A stretch of DNA of 64,000 bases from Vezdaea acicularis (GCA_026025075.1 JAPEUI010000009.1:1-64000); one strand, 5' to 3'; shown: positions 26,155 to 40,214, numbered from the stretch's first letter. Numbers and translations are program-made. The notes: generated by a model not told the origin, from the sequence alone.

Positions 26155-29100
26155 CTATGCTTCGACACTCCCAAGATGCACTAGTCTCAGCAAAAATATG
26201 GCCTTTTGCACTTCTTGCTCCTCTTCTACGATGAGCCTTTCCTTCTCACCGTTGGGTATCTCGCCGCCGTCCACAGTTACCACATGCTTATCAACAGGCC
26301 TCCTTAGGGCTTTCTCAATAGCACCACTCTGCTCAACGAAAGCCTCTTCAATGCCGACCTTCTCGGGATCCTCGAGGACTTTGTACTCCATTTTCACGTC
26401 GTCTGTAGGGACCAGACCAGCTTTCTTTCGCAATCGTTGTATACGGTTGATGATCTCTCTTGCTAGCCCCTCTTGATGAAGTTCGGGGTATAAAGCAGCA
26501 TCCAGAATAATGAGAACGTCATTGTCTGTATTTGGTTCAAGGTTCTTTGATGATTCGTCCTCTTTTAATCCGCGCTTCACTAGTAGATCCTCCTCCACGA
26601 GCTCGATGCCGCCTACGGTGATTTTCTTATCTTGCACAAACTTCTTGACCTGTTCATTTGTTATGTTTGGAAGTTCTTTCTTCACCTTTTGCGCTTCTTT
26701 CTTCAGTTTCTTGCCAAGTGTTGGCCAATCTGCTGTGACGCTGTATTGTACGTCGTACTTCTCCTCATCGGACGATAAGATGAGGTCGCGGATGTTCAGC
26801 TCCTCAGTTATATATTTCTCGAGCGACCGGACATCGTCAAGGTATTCTGGATCTTTATGTATGACGATAAGAGTCTTCAAGGGCGTCTTGAGACCAATGG
26901 CTCGGCGTTCTCGAGAAACACGACCTAACTCAATGACCGTCTGCATTCGGCTTACTTGGCGTTCGATCTTCTCATCAAACAATTCCTCTCTGACGTCCGG
27001 AAACCGTGTGAAATGTACGCTTCTGGGGTCTTTAACGCGCATTGATTCGGGAATAAAGGGGGTGAGGCGGAGGTAAATGTTGTCTGTAAGGAAAGGAGTA
27101 AAAGGGGCGAGACCTCGAGTAAGGGTTAAGAGCACCTCAAAAAGTGTATTGAGAGCGTGTGCGGTATCCTCAATTCCTAGCTCGCCCTTTAGCCGTTTGC
27201 GGTTAAACCGAATATACCAATTCGTTGTGTTGTCGATGAGGCCAAGCAGTCGAGGCACGACAGTATATAGACGGTAGGCTAACGACAGAGATATTAGTAC
27301 TTATCTCTTGAAGTGGTTTGTAACATGAACTAACCAGCCATCTCTTGATTGACAAACTTCAAGAGACTTTGCGTGCTCGCGAGGATCCATCGATCCATTA
27401 CGTTCTCATTGTTAACGCCTGCCTTAGGATCGAACATATAGGAAATATTCTCGACCTTCTTGAGCAATGCGACTTGGCCTTCGAAAAACTTGTAGCTGTT
27501 CCAAAGTGGTAAGAGGACCTTCGAAACCACCTCTTTAACACCTGCCTCTTTGAACCTCAGAGGCTCCGCGCGGACTACGGGAGAATTGATTAGGTACAAC
27601 CTGAGGGCATCAGAGCCATATCGGTCCATGATTAGGGTAGGATCGGGATAATTCTTTAGTCGCTTCGACATCTTCTTTCCGTCTTCAGCCAAAACGATTC
27701 CATTTACCACACAATTCTTGAAAGGCGACTTATTCCATAGATATGTGCCAAGTACGACGAGCGTATAGAACCAACCCCTCGTTTGATCAAGACCTTCAGC
27801 GATGAAGTCTCCTGGGAAAGAATTCTCAAAGAATTCCTTGTTTTCGAATGGGTAATGACTCGAAGCGTAGGGCATACTTCCGGACTCAAACCAGCAGTCA
27901 AAGACCTCCTCAATACGATGGAGTTCTCCTTTTCCCTTTTTGCTAGGTATTGTGATGCTGTCCACTTTATCACGATGGATGTCAGTTATGTCGCCCTTGT
28001 ATCCACTCAGCTTTTTCAGCTCTTCGATGCTGCCTACACAAACGACCTCCTGAAAATCGTCCGATACCCATAGCGGAATTGGTGTTCCCCAATATCGATT
28101 TCTTGAGACATTCCAATCTCTTGCGTTGGCAATCCAGCTCCCAAAACGGTTCTCTTTGACGAAATTAGGAACCCAGTGCGAACCCTCGATATTTGCCAGC
28201 ATGTCGGGGATGATCGGGGGAATCTTCACGAACCACGAGGAGACTGCGCGATAGATGAGTGGTGTATCGGACCTCCAGCAAAAGGGGTAGCTGTGCATTA
28301 TGGTGCTATCCACGACGACTCTGCCGTTATTCTTTAGGTGCTTTATGATAGCTTTATCCGCAGCCTTAACGTGCTGTCCCGCAAAGTCCCGGACTTCTGC
28401 AGTAAAGTAACCCGAGTCGTCCACTGGATTTGGTGGCAACCGTTTGTGGTCGATAACGCCAGCTGCAAATGCCACATTATAATCTTCTTCCCCAAATGCC
28501 GGCGCTTGATGTACTATTCCCACACCACTGTCTGAAGTGACATACGTTGCGTTCAGCACCCTGAAACCAAAGTCTTTGAACTCGTCATAGAAGTAATCAA
28601 ATAGGGGCTCGTAGCGCCAGCCAAGCATCTCTTTACCCTTTAACCTTTCCACAACCTTAAACTTCGCCTTTTTGGGATCCTTATATAAAGTCTTCAGGAG
28701 ACTCTCCAATAAGATATAATTCTTCTTGTCTTTCTCATCATAGATCTTGACATATTCGAAATCGGGATGTGCTGCCAGCCCTGTGTGCGAAGGAAGAGTC
28801 CATGGTGTGGTAGTCCACGCTAGAAGGTTTGTTGTAGGGTCTTCGAGAAGAGGAAATGATACGACAACCGCAGGGTCTTGTGTATCCTTGTAGTTTTGCT
28901 GTGCTTCCATATTACTGAGCGGAGTATTTAACGCCGTTGAAAAGGGCATAACCCGATACCCTCGATATACCGCATCCTTCTCGTATAGCTGCTTGAAAAC
29001 CCACCAAACCGACTCCATGAAATCCGTATTCATAGTCTTGTAGTCATTGTCGAAGTCCACCCACCTGCCCAACCTGTCAATCGTCTGCCTCCACTCGCCC

Positions 29101-29465
29101 GCAAACTTCATGACAATAGCCCTGCACTCAGCATTATACCTCTCGATCCCGAGCTCTTGCACCGCCTGCTTCCCGCTCAGACCCAGCTTCTTATCGATCT
29201 CGTACTCAATCGGGACGCCGTGCGTATCCCAACCGAAGCGTCTCTCCACATAATGGCCCTTCATGGACCAGTACCGCGGGATGATGTCCTTGATCGTCGA
29301 GGCGAGCAGGTGGCCATAGTGGGGCAGGCCGGTCGCGAATGGCGGGCCATCGTAGAAGGTGTACGGTTTTTGGCCGCGCGAGAGCTCGACTTGCGTCTCG
29401 AAGGCTTTGATGGCCTTCCAGCGCGCGAGTACGGCTTCTTCTTCTTTCGGGAAGTCGATCGACAT
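26155..29465 (-). CDS. ILS1: Cytosolic isoleucyl-tRNA synthetase, 1084 aa
   Basis: Exons 29465-27335 and 27278-26155. Motifs: MSIDFPKEEE, DGPPFATGLPHYGH (HIGH), WTTTPWTLP (editing domain), EGLDQTRGWF, KMSKR. Confidence 0.98.
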
Positions 29466-29536
29466 TTTCACGGCGGTTCGTTCCTGGGGTTGAGATGAGC
29501 TGTGGTGGGGCAATTTAACGGTCGAGTTCCGTTCGC

Positions 29537-29545
29537 GTGACTCAT
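29537..29545. promoter_or_regulatory. Gcn4/CpcA/CPC-1 response element (GTGACTCAT)
   Basis: Perfect TGACTCA core with flanking T, 72 bp upstream of the ILS1 ATG; aminoacyl-tRNA synthetases are established cross-pathway control targets. Confidence 0.65.
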
Positions 29546-30151
29546 GAAGGGGGAAAAACTAATTGGGAAATGCTTTCCAGCGACCAAATTGCATTTTCTA
29601 GATAAACGCGATATGACGAGAGAATCAATTCTGTAACTCGACTGCATCTTGCCATGGTTTTCATTAGCATTTCAATACACATTGTAGCCTCATGATGACA
29701 TTTGTAAATGTAATTCGAAGCCTTTCAGCTAATTAGTTACTTCCCAAGTATCCTATCAATAGCCCCAAGCCTTTATAAGTATTAGAATTCCCTAACCAAT
29801 CCGTTTTTGTGATCCCATCATCACAATGGCCTTTTCCCATAAGATAATATAGGGTACAGGAATGCTAGGAAGGCTCTGTGAACACCCTAGCTGGTACACT
29901 GATATAAGATAGTCGAACCCTTGACGATACCGAATCATTCGCCCCGTGCGCAGTGTCCCTCCAGTTCGAATTATTTGCCAACCTTCTATTAGCATTGCCA
30001 CTACCCCAAAAACGCCATCATGGATCAGCCTATCCATTCCATGCAGTGCGAAAAAGTCAGACAACCTCCTTTTGCATGGACCATGCCTTACAAGACGCTA
30101 ATGCCAAAAAACAATATGCATGCAAAACGCTTGGAAAAGTCTGAGAAGAAT

Positions 30152-33100
30152 TCAAGTCAAGCTCATTAATTCATGGGGTACAACTGGATTTTCTGGAACA
30201 AGGAACTTCATCATAACTGCGCTCAGATCCTTGAAATCAATTGGCTTGCTGACGTAGCCTGAGAAACCGGCCTCAACACACTTGTCAAGAACTTCGGCCA
30301 TGACGTTGGCGGAAAGAGCAAGGATAGGCATATGAGGGTAGCCGTTTGCCAGTTCTGAAGCGCGGATTGTCTTACAGGTGTCGTAGCCATCTTTGTGTGG
30401 CATTTGGATGTCGCACTATAGATAAATGCGTTAATGGTAATAGATATTCTCGGAAGTCGGATGAACTTACGAGAAGCATTGCATAATGACCATGACCAGC
30501 CTGGAAGTATTTAGCGGTACAAGCAACGCCATCTTCTGCGACGTCAACATCGAGTCCTACCCGCTTGAGGAATTTGACTAGGACCATCTGATTCGTTTTG
30601 TTGTCTTCAGCGAACAAAATCTTGAGACCGCGGTGACCAACCGCATCCTCCATACGAGTGAAGACCTCTCGCTGATCTTTTGCCATTCGCTGGCCTCTAT
30701 CGCGTAGTCTTTCATTGCTTGATTCACGATTCAGACCATGATCGAATATCGTCTGCAGCCTAGAAACCTTGATAGGCTTATACACAAACAAAACTCTCTC
30801 GTCCTTCTCGAGCTGATCGAAGTCGAAATCGGAGGATCTTTTCTTCACCTCCTTTTTGAGCGCTGGGTCTGCAATAACCACAACAACAGTATTAGGATGT
30901 GAAATGGAACTCAAGATCTGGTCCATGACAGCACAGATAGATTCTGCCCCTTCCTCTTCGCTAAAGTTGAGAACTATATGGGTGAAGATCACTGGATCAT
31001 CGCCACCTATCAACTTCTGGCAGTCAAGAATACTCTCGCTCTCGGTAATCTGGAATGGAATATTCTTAGGTATACTTGACTCGATTCCCTTCCTGGTAGC
31101 TTCCCGAGCACCTACTCTTGGACAAATTACTAGCACAGAGTACATAGGCGGCCTCGAAACTGTGCCATTCGAGATAGACGTTGCTCGAGGTCGGGATGAC
31201 CTGCTGGATGGCCTGGCCGTACCTTCTGACGAGCCAGGCGATGGACTACCTGGAGGATTATCGTCCAGAGGTAGCTCCAAGTTCATTCTTGAAGCTTGTT
31301 GCTGACCTTGCGCAGCGATTACAGGATATACCGAGGACATGGAAGACCGTACGGATAGCCCAGTGTGATATGAGCGAATGGATGGATCTGAGCTACCCGA
31401 AGACTCTAGTGCAGGCGAATCACCTTTCAATGGCGAAGGGAGGTCAGCGATATCAGGATGAGATGTTGTTGGAAGCGTCGATGCAATGTTGATGGGTAAA
31501 GGGTGTTCTCCTGGAGAACTAGTGATACTTGGAGTAGACAGAGCCCTCATCGAAGCAAGGAGTGGAACTCCAGTAATCGATGAATTTGATCCGTTTGAGG
31601 GAAGAGAAGGTTGCTTGCTCCAACGAGGTAAGGCTGGAGGAGGAGTGATAGGGTGGTCTTCCTCGGACGGTATCTGGAACCTGAATGAGAATGTAAAGGT
31701 CGAGCCCTTTTCAGGGACGCTTGTCGCAGACATCTTTCCCCCGTGAAGCTCCACCAGCTGTCTCGAGATTACTAATCCAAGACCAGTCCCACCATGCTGC
31801 CTGGTGCTGCTTGCGTCTATCTGACTAAAAGGCTTGAAAAGTCGCCGAGCTTGTTCTTCCGAGAAACCATGGCCAGTATCAACTACATCAAACTTGATCA
31901 TGACCTCATTGTCGTCGATCTGACCATCTTCATTGGCAAGTACCGAGCAGCGGGTGAGCACCTCCCCATGGCTTGTGAATTTGATGGCGTTTCCGATTGT
32001 ATTAGTGAGAACCTGGCGGACCTTGAGAGGATCTCCTTTGACCATATCTGGGACATCATCTTCCACCACAAGATTGAGCTCCAATTGTTTGGCTTCAGAT
32101 AGCTTTGCCAGCATCTCGGTGACGTTTTCTGCAAGAGTACGAATGCGAAACCAATCTTGTGTGATAGTCATCATGCCGGCTTCAATCTTTGAGAGGTCAA
32201 GTATCCCATTTATGAGACCAAGCAGCTGGTCACAGCTCGAATGTATATTTGCACAACACTCATCTTGCTCCTTAGTCAAGTCTGTATCCAGTAAGAATTG
32301 AATGGATGCAGTCACACCATTAAGAGGAGTTCGGATTTCATGTGACATGTTACTCAAGAACAGAGTCTTCGAATCCATAGTCTCTTGAAGTTTTTGCTCC
32401 AAGAGCTTGTGATCGTCAATGTCAGTACAAGTACCGAACCAAGTCCCGGCTCCGTGGCCAAAATCAGTTTCATCAACAGCAACGCAACGGACAAGGTGCC
32501 AGCGATAATCGCCCTTGTTATTCCTCAGGCGAACTTCGGTGGAGTATGAAGTTTGCCCATTAGCATCTTTCGCAACTTTAAGAATTCCCGTTTGAGCAAG
32601 TTCCGATAGTTCTGCAGTTGGAAGATCCATATGTATGTCGCTAGTACTGCTGGCGCGAGATACCCTTGGAGCTTCACCGGTCACAGTTGCGTTGGTTGGA
32701 GTAGCATCAGACTTTGAATGCGACGTAGAGGACGCCCGCGATATTTGCGGTGGAGACATTGACGTTGGAACATTCAGAGAATTTGGCTTGTCTTTTCCGA
32801 AAATTGGTAGCTTGCACTTAGCTAGATCATCAGGATGGACATGTTCCATGAATCCTGTTCCCAGTGCGGACTCGAGCTTCTGGCCCGAGTAATTGAGCCA
32901 TTGAGTATTCGCAAACGTTACCCCCTCCGATGCAGTCGCAGCAAAAACGATTTGCGGGCTCGAATTGGCCAGAGCTCGATATCTTGCTTCCGATGCCGTG
33001 ACTTCTTTTTGACGTGCAGCGCTAACCTCCATCAGGTATTGCTCGTGAACGTCCATGTTCGTTCCAAACCAGTGGACCGTTACTCCGCGAGTATCTTTGA

Positions 33101-36100
33101 GGGGGGCCGCGCGGACGTAGAACCAACGATAGACCCCATCAAATCTTCGAAGCTGGACCTGGTAAGAGAACTGATCACCATTTCGAAGCGCTTGCCTCCA
33201 AGCCTTGAGATAGTTCTCACGCTGTTCCGCGTGGATGCCTTCCCAAGGATTCTGAAGGAAATTCTCGACTGTTTCGCCCCGATAAGCCAAGAAACGAGAA
33301 TTCACCCAAGTAATTTTGCCAGAACCAGGTGCAGCAGTAAATATTTGAACTGGTAGAGAATCAATAATAGTTCGCATAAGCTTCTCTGATGGTGGTGGCA
33401 TCTCGAACAACGATCCAGACGAATCGGATGTTGCTCGAGAGTGATGTCTAAGCGATCCTTGACCCTTTTGAGCGGCGGCTGTTGAGGGAAGTGACTGGAA
33501 GGTTGCATTGAAGTCAGCACCAAATGAATGTAACTTCGTATGGTACCTCTTTAGGCCACCATCGTTGGTGTAATGTCGAGCTATTTGACGTCGAGGTGAG
33601 TTCGATTCAACCCTGTCCGATATACGTCTTATAGGGCTTGAATTGCGTTGCTTCCTCGCCACACCAAAGATTGGTGTGGTTTTGGGATATTCCTCCTGCT
33701 CTTCAGGAACGGAATGTGTCGGTACTGCTTTATTCGACCGATACGGGTCGTCTCGATTATTAAGGGTAGGCGATGAAGACCCATTCTCCCGATCTGGACC
33801 AGAGTCTCGTTTCTCCGAGCGGGGCGAGTGACGAGAAACTCTCGGGCTAGGCTGCGAGCTCCGTATTCCAGAATTTTGATTTGGGGTTTCTTGCGTAGCA
33901 ATGGTACTGCTGTTTGCCCTGTAACGCTTCCTGGAGCTGAAGTAGCTGTCGATGATGTCGGAGCCTGCGGCCTGTCCTGGCGTACCTCCGCCAGAGCGCT
34001 GGTCAATGGACAGGCCCATAGTGGCCGGATCCCAATTTGGTGTCCCAATTAAGGAGCCCGCAGGGCTCCTAAAGACAGCAGAATACTCGTTTGAGCTCAC
34101 ACTGCCAGTAATTGACGGACTAGGTCCCTCGATGAATCCAGGCGAGAGATAATCAACATTCGCGAGTTCTTCAAGTTGCTGGCTCGCGTCCAAGGCGGCG
34201 CTCCCATAGCAATGACTGCCGTGTTGTCCTCGCCGCTTTTGAGCGAGGCCAGCAGCTTCTCTTTCAATATTAGTGTATTGTCGTGCTATTGAAAATGAAG
34301 TCGCAAGATGAGGTGCAAGCTGGGTCAGAGACCGAACAAGCGATGCCGGAAAAGGGATGACTGGTGACATCAATGAAAGGACAGCAATAGGGGTTTTCTT
34401 CGTTGTTAAACCTCTGGGAGTCTGGACAGACTCGGTATTTTGAGCATAATTAGGCCAGTCTTGAGGCGATTGTGGGTTCGGCGAGCCCAGATACGATGCT
34501 TGCCCAGGACATGACAGGAGGGGGTGAATCAAGGGTAGGTGAATTATTGACGTTGCTTTGTCGAGTCCAATAGCCTCGACACTATCCTTGGTCCTGTAAT
34601 CAGGTGGACCTTGCGTGGGGTCGAAAGATGCCTCTTGAATATTAGAGTTCACGAAAAAGGGGTTTATTTCAGGTTCATTCTGAATCGCTGGAGATGGTGC
34701 AGGAGATTGTGACCATGGTGACGACGGAACCTGTTCAAATTCTTCGTATGGTACGGGTTGCAAGATCTGCGCCGCATCCCGCCCTGACAAGCGCTGGTGA
34801 CCATCACCAGGCTGAGTATGTAATGCTTGCCTGCTTCGTTGCGACCATTGCTGTTCAGGGATAGACGAGGAACTAGGTGGAGCTGTAGGGACGTTTACTC
34901 TTGTCTGATCTGTTTTCATGGGATCTGGAACCGGTTTTCGTTCCGGAGTCCATGGGCGCTTTGACGGTGTTGAAGCGTCAGATGAAACAACTTTGCGCAT
35001 TTTCCCATCCTCTGAGTTTGAGTATTCACGTGAGAGCACGACGCTCTTTCCTCTTTCGAGCACCTTGTTAATCCCCGCACTATCAATTAACGAATCCACC
35101 TCGTAATCAAGAGCCTGGAGTACTGGAAAGACACGTCCTTTGCTTAAAGGTTCTGAATATCCTGGGAGCTGTGCATAGCCTGGTTGTTGGGACTCTTGGT
35201 TGGCAACGTGATGTTGTAAGGTTTCTGAGTTCAGCTTGAGCCCCAGATTTTGCCCTAGAGGGGCCGGCTCTTTTGCTGGTGCTCCAAGATGACTAGCATA
35301 CCTCAGAAGCCTTGGACGCTTCTCATGCTTGCCCAACGTATTGTCTGTTGAGACGCTTGTGACACCCGGCGGCGCTATCCTTGATTCGAATCCGGCAAAA
35401 GAATGTCGGCTCTCCAAAGTAGGGCGTTGAAACGAGGTGTGAGGAACGTTGTTCTCTACCAGGGGATCGATTTCCTCCTGGGAACTTCCTTCGCTACTCC
35501 GTTCTTGACCTGTGCTACTTCTGTGCAGGTATGCCAAACTTTGATTATCGTCCTCCTGTGAATTATAAGTTGCTTTTTGACCCCACGGTACGTTCTCCAA
35601 ATCAGTTACGTCTGCAGGGACAGCGAGTGTGACTCTTTCGGCCTTATAATGGTCCTTCATAATCTGCACTAGATTCGTCCACCAGGCATCCAGTCCAGGT
35701 TCTGATAGGAGAGAAAGCATGATATTGTATAAGTTTGGTGTAGGAAAATCGGAAGACCTCTTAGAAATGGAAGTTCCCGGTGGCAAAAAGGAAGGTGTTG
35801 ATGGAGACATATCGTACAGTGCACCTTCTCTCGACTCAGAGAATTTGCCTATACCTACAGGAGCTGGACCCACTGTTGGTGAAAGAGCTGTAAAAGGCTT
35901 GTGAAAGCCGGTGTAAGGCGATCCTGGAGTGCCTATGGACATAGACGGGAAAGGATACGCTGGTGTCTTTGGGCCTTGGCCTGGCGTAGACGTTGGTATG
36001 CCTATCACTGTCTTCGTTGAGTCAGTCGATCTGGTTTGTGGTCCCGACTGAAACGGAGAAGTTGACGACCCAGTTTGGGTCGGTATTGGCCGCTTCTCTT

Positions 36101-36551
36101 GCATGATAGGAAGCGATCTTGGGGCGCTTTCGATGCCCAGGCCTTTTTCGCTAGAATCGAGTTGTTGTGACAGCCTCTCTCTCTGCTGATGTAACAACAT
36201 TTGGGCGTCCATGGCTGTCCTCAGCCTCTGAGTTTCCCCTATCGACTTTTCTGCCCCGTCCGCAGGATTTGTGCTTAGTATGGCTTGTCCAGCTGAAGTT
36301 TGCGCAAGTGTAGGAGAGAACTGGGAATTCACAAACTGTGCCTCCACTTGTGCTGGGTTCGGATTGGCAGAAGTACCGCCAGTGGAATTCGAGGGCATTA
36401 TGAGATTATGATCGTTGTGTACACTAGGTAAGGAAATTTCCAAGGCGACATCTTGAATCTGAGCGGCGGAGTTGTCGTTATAGGTGGGCTGAGGCGTTGC
36501 ATCTTGTGGAGTTTCTGCCGAAGGTTGTAACGAGGGCGGACGAGACTCCAT
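30152..36551 (-). CDS. Hybrid histidine kinase with two PAS/PAC domains, HisKA, HATPase and receiver (group V, PhkB/HHK2-like), 2114 aa
   Basis: Exons 36551-30471 and 30415-30152. PAS segments IIDSLPVQIF..YRWF..WFGTNMD and YRALANSSPQIVF..YRWHL..WFGTCTDID; H-box FLSNMSHEIRTPL; GNAIKFT; DTGHGF; GGTGLGL; receiver AEDN..LLCDIQMP..ALSAN..KP. Confidence 0.95.
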
Positions 36552-37568
36552 ACTGGACCCCCTCTCCTATATTCGCCGCCAGAGAGGGGCTCGTTGTTCC
36601 ACCCGTCTTTTGTGTGAGAGCGATCCCTCTAACAAAACGACTGAAACCAGCGCAGTGCATTTGTCATGCACGTAGGGGTTTAAAGGAGGACAGGATAAGT
36701 CGAATAATCAGTGATGAGGACCAGGGCCCACCAAACGGGGATGGAGGCGCCTCCGTCGATTCACCTAAAATCAGCCGGGAAGCGAAGCCCACTACGTCAC
36801 TGGGCGTCCACCACTCAGGTGACCGCCTCGGATTACTGTGTGATTTCACTTTGTACTCGATGCCAAAGAGTCGCCAACAAGTTTGGAGATATTCTGTTCC
36901 GTGGTACTCTGCAGTCTGAACCTAGCAGATGTACCAGAAACTCTATTATAATGGCGTTTGGACTATTTATTGATCAGGAACCAAAGATCGCTAATCGGCG
37001 TGAACGTTCTCGGTTAGCGGTAAACAAGGACTGCCCAACCATTCACATTATACGTAGTGAAATCTCTTCTGTCACAGGCACCCAGAATCTTTATGGACGG
37101 GCTTCATAGATCCCCTCGCGCAGGGAGTTCGGTTGTATTGGGCAGCATTCAAATAAGATTTACCCCCTTTAGCCGCTTAGGCGATTACGCCTATAAGGGT
37201 TTTTTTGGTTTGATTCGTTATAAAAGCAAGTACAACATGGCTTCATGGAAGAGAGTACTCATGACGGTGATCAAGGTGTTCGAAACAGCGAAACAGCGTG
37301 CAACTTTCAGGAAACAACATGTAGTGAACTATTCAGGTCTGCTGTCTTACGATCCAGGCGCATGCCAGTTGACAGAGGCAAGATAATAATCTCAAACCAC
37401 CTTCAAACCCAAACTGTGCGCCCTTGTTCTGCTGATGTGACGAGGGATCAATCTCCAGCTATACATGAAAGTCCTTTAAGGAAAGTTAGCACAATTTGGT
37501 TAACTCCTAGATATCCTGCTGCCGGCATTTCGCCTTTTTATGACCATCGAATGTTGGTTATTGCCAGG

Positions 37569-38478
37569 CTAGAATCCCAATTTCTGCTTCTTGACTCGCG
37601 GCAAGACTCCTATTAGAACCAGTACGCTAGCAAAAGCAACTGCCCAGAGCTTAATGTGTATGGATTGTTCAATATAGTCCGTCTTCGTGGCGGCACACAC
37701 AGTAGCTAAGCTGAATACTAGCAAGGCATAACCGCTCATCCGATGATATTTATAGAGCTTCTTTGCCTTGGCTTCACCACCCAGGAGGCCCGGGGTGAAA
37801 AACTGCATGAAGCCTACAGTGGCTTGGATGAAGAAGATGGCGTAAGTAATGACGCCAAGGTAGGCATGGACGCTATGGAAATGGGGCTGGCCGCCATTGA
37901 TTTTGTTGTACTCGATCAATATTAGTCCAGCCAGCAGGAGGCCCAGGCCTACGTCGTTAAGTGCAGCGTGAACGTAGGTCCCCCGTATTTTTTGGTCCTT
38001 TGTGTGCGTAGGCTGAAGGATGAGTGTCGCTTGCACGATGAAGAAGAGCCCGGCGGAATTAAGGAGCTACGTATTTAGTCAGCTCTTCCTACTCTGGGTT
38101 TCCTCTTTAGGTCTCATGCGCTCACCGGGTGGGTCGAAAACAGTATCACCTTATGTGTGAATATACCTGCCCAGATGATTGCGACAAGCTACGAAGATCA
38201 GCTACATTCACTCGAGAATCCTCTCAAGGTACTTACAATCCAAATGCCGCCTTGTGCAATGACTGCCGTACCTGAACGCACCCGAGTTATGATCAGTAAC
38301 TTATACAACTACCTGCGAATTCGATAATTCTTTGTGACCACATACCCAGAAGCAGGTTGAACCACAAACCCTTTTCCCTCCTCTGCGATGCATCGCCCGG
38401 ACCTCCAAGCAAAGGTTCATCTTCTGTCGCCGCATCATGAAGTGGGGCTTGCGCCGGGATTCCAGTAGCAGATGCCAT
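37569..38478 (-). CDS. Cytochrome b561 family membrane protein, 242 aa
   Basis: Exons 38478-38346, 38271-38237, 38188-38126, 38066-37569. Heme-ligating His motifs LFSTHPLLN, YVHAAL, HFHSVHAYLG, LYKYHRMSGY. Confidence 0.88.
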
Positions 38479-38817
38479 TTTCGTCTTGCGTCTGGTGGCC
38501 GGTCCGCCGTTGTCCATAAAAACAAATATCCTCGGGGGCTCTTGTGAAGAACCGTGGGAGCTTGAGGTTCAAATGGTGGGGTAGGTAAGCTCGAACTGGT
38601 CCATGCACGCTAGTTGGGTTTGTCAGGCGCTCCACGATGAATGACGCAAGTTACGATCGTGCATTAGCGCCATGAGACATGACGAGCGGCAGTCAGGTGA
38701 GTTTACAGACTCAATAGGTTGCCATTTACGATAATTGTTCATGCAGTAGGAAATGTGAAGTGAGCAGTTTTTATTTGTGATAGTATAGCAGTGTCAGAAG
38801 GTCTCGCTCAGTATTTA

Positions 38818-39926
38818 CTACTTACGCCCTAACGCTCTCAATCTCGAGACACCACCATCAGGCAATATGGTCAACTTAACATGTGTCCATTCCTCAACCT
38901 TTGATGGGTCAATCTCAAACTCGTGCTCCCGATCAGGACCGCACGGTTTAGGGGGTAGAATCTCGGTCCATTCATCACCGACTCCGGGCTCATACGCCGG
39001 GTCTCCACAGAGAATTGCGTGAATCTTGAATTCTCGGGGGTAGTTTCCCCGGAAATGCGCTGTATCGAGAACGATTTTCTGAATCTGTCCCAAAGTACCT
39101 AGACGGACAATAACCCAGTCGGAGTGATCTTTCTCACGGCTTCTTTTTGTCTCCCATCCATCTCCCATATGCACTCCTCTGCCAGGCAGTAGAATATTGT
39201 CTTTCTTCCCGAAATGTTGGTCTGAGCAGCTCACCGCAACCCCACCCATAGTCGCTGCAGCAAGGTCGAAGAGAATATTCCTGTCTTGGGGAAAGACTGG
39301 TATGACATTTCCGTAGAGTCGAAATCTTGCTATTCCACCATCGGGAAACATCAGAAGGCGCACATGCGTGATAGGATTGTAAGTGACTGAGCCTGACAGT
39401 TTCCAGGCGTGGCGTTGGGATGGTCCGCATTCTTGAGTACCCAAGATGGTTTTCCATTGCCACCCTCCTCTTCCAACACCAGCGTATTTTGTCACTGTGT
39501 CTTTATCAACATCTGGGGCGTACGCACCTTCAACGGCAATCGCAGGAGCTTCGTTGCCATTAAAATGTGCAGTGTCAATCTCTATGCCCTGAACTTTGCC
39601 CGAAGAAACGCCTAACCTAATGACTACCCAATCAAAGGGCCCTGGGTTGTGTCTTCTTGTTTCCCAACCATCATACCATGCTCCAGAATGGACGAATACT
39701 CCAGGCTTCCTGACCGGCGGCGTTGGGGTTATGAGGTTCGCGGCGTCTGCGAACCATTGGTCACTAAAAGCAACAATTTCTGAGCCCAAAGATTTAGAGA
39801 TCAGGTCTTTGATCGATCAGTATCAGTCTAGTCTTTCTTGAAGCACTTGTCATTGTGCTTACCAATACAAGTGGACCCAAATGTTCTATCAATCTCTAGG
39901 ATTGGGACGCTGCTAACCGACTCCAT
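38818..39926 (-). CDS. DAL2: Allantoicase, 350 aa
   Basis: Exons 39926-39863 and 39806-38818. Two allantoicase repeats: SDQWF..DGWETRRH..IDTAHFNGN..PDGGIARFR and SDQHF..DGWETKR..DTAHFRGN..PDGGVSRLR. Confidence 0.97.
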
Positions 39927-39935
39927 CTTGAATTC

Positions 39936-40214
39936 CGATAATATTCACCACGTGTTTTACGAATTGCAACTTCGGACGATTTGGAGTGGCTTAGGTCAAA
40001 GATGCTATCATGCAGAATTACAATTTTAAATTGGTAGCATACGCAGACTCTATATTATGATGCAGATAATGATGTTCACTAAAATTTTCTCAGACCGCGT
40101 GAGCTACAGATCGGCGATCCCCGCCTAAGGAAATTTTACACGCAAGGTCGTTGCACTGTGCAAGCAGCCTCGCAGAGTCCAGGCTCCCCTGGAGCCAGAT
40201 GGTAGCTAAGATAG
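39936..40214. promoter_or_regulatory. Candidate UaY-type site (TCGG-CGATCC-CCGC, 40111-40124) with four HGATAR (AreA-type) sites upstream of allantoicase
   Basis: CGG-N6-CCG core, one mismatch to TCGG-N6-CCGA. GATA sites at 39936-39941, 40005-40010 (reverse), 40064-40069 and 40209-40214. Confidence 0.45.

Noticed and set aside
29466..29513. TTG-initiated N-terminal extension of ILS1 as a mitochondrial presequence
   Set aside because: Only 16 residues, not presequence-like, with an in-frame stop shortly upstream; MSIDF is the typical start.
38690..38826. GTAAGT overlapping the allantoicase stop as an alternative-splicing donor
   Set aside because: No AG at a normal distance after the candidate branch point; the distant GAG would give LCKLT*, which is not a PTS1.
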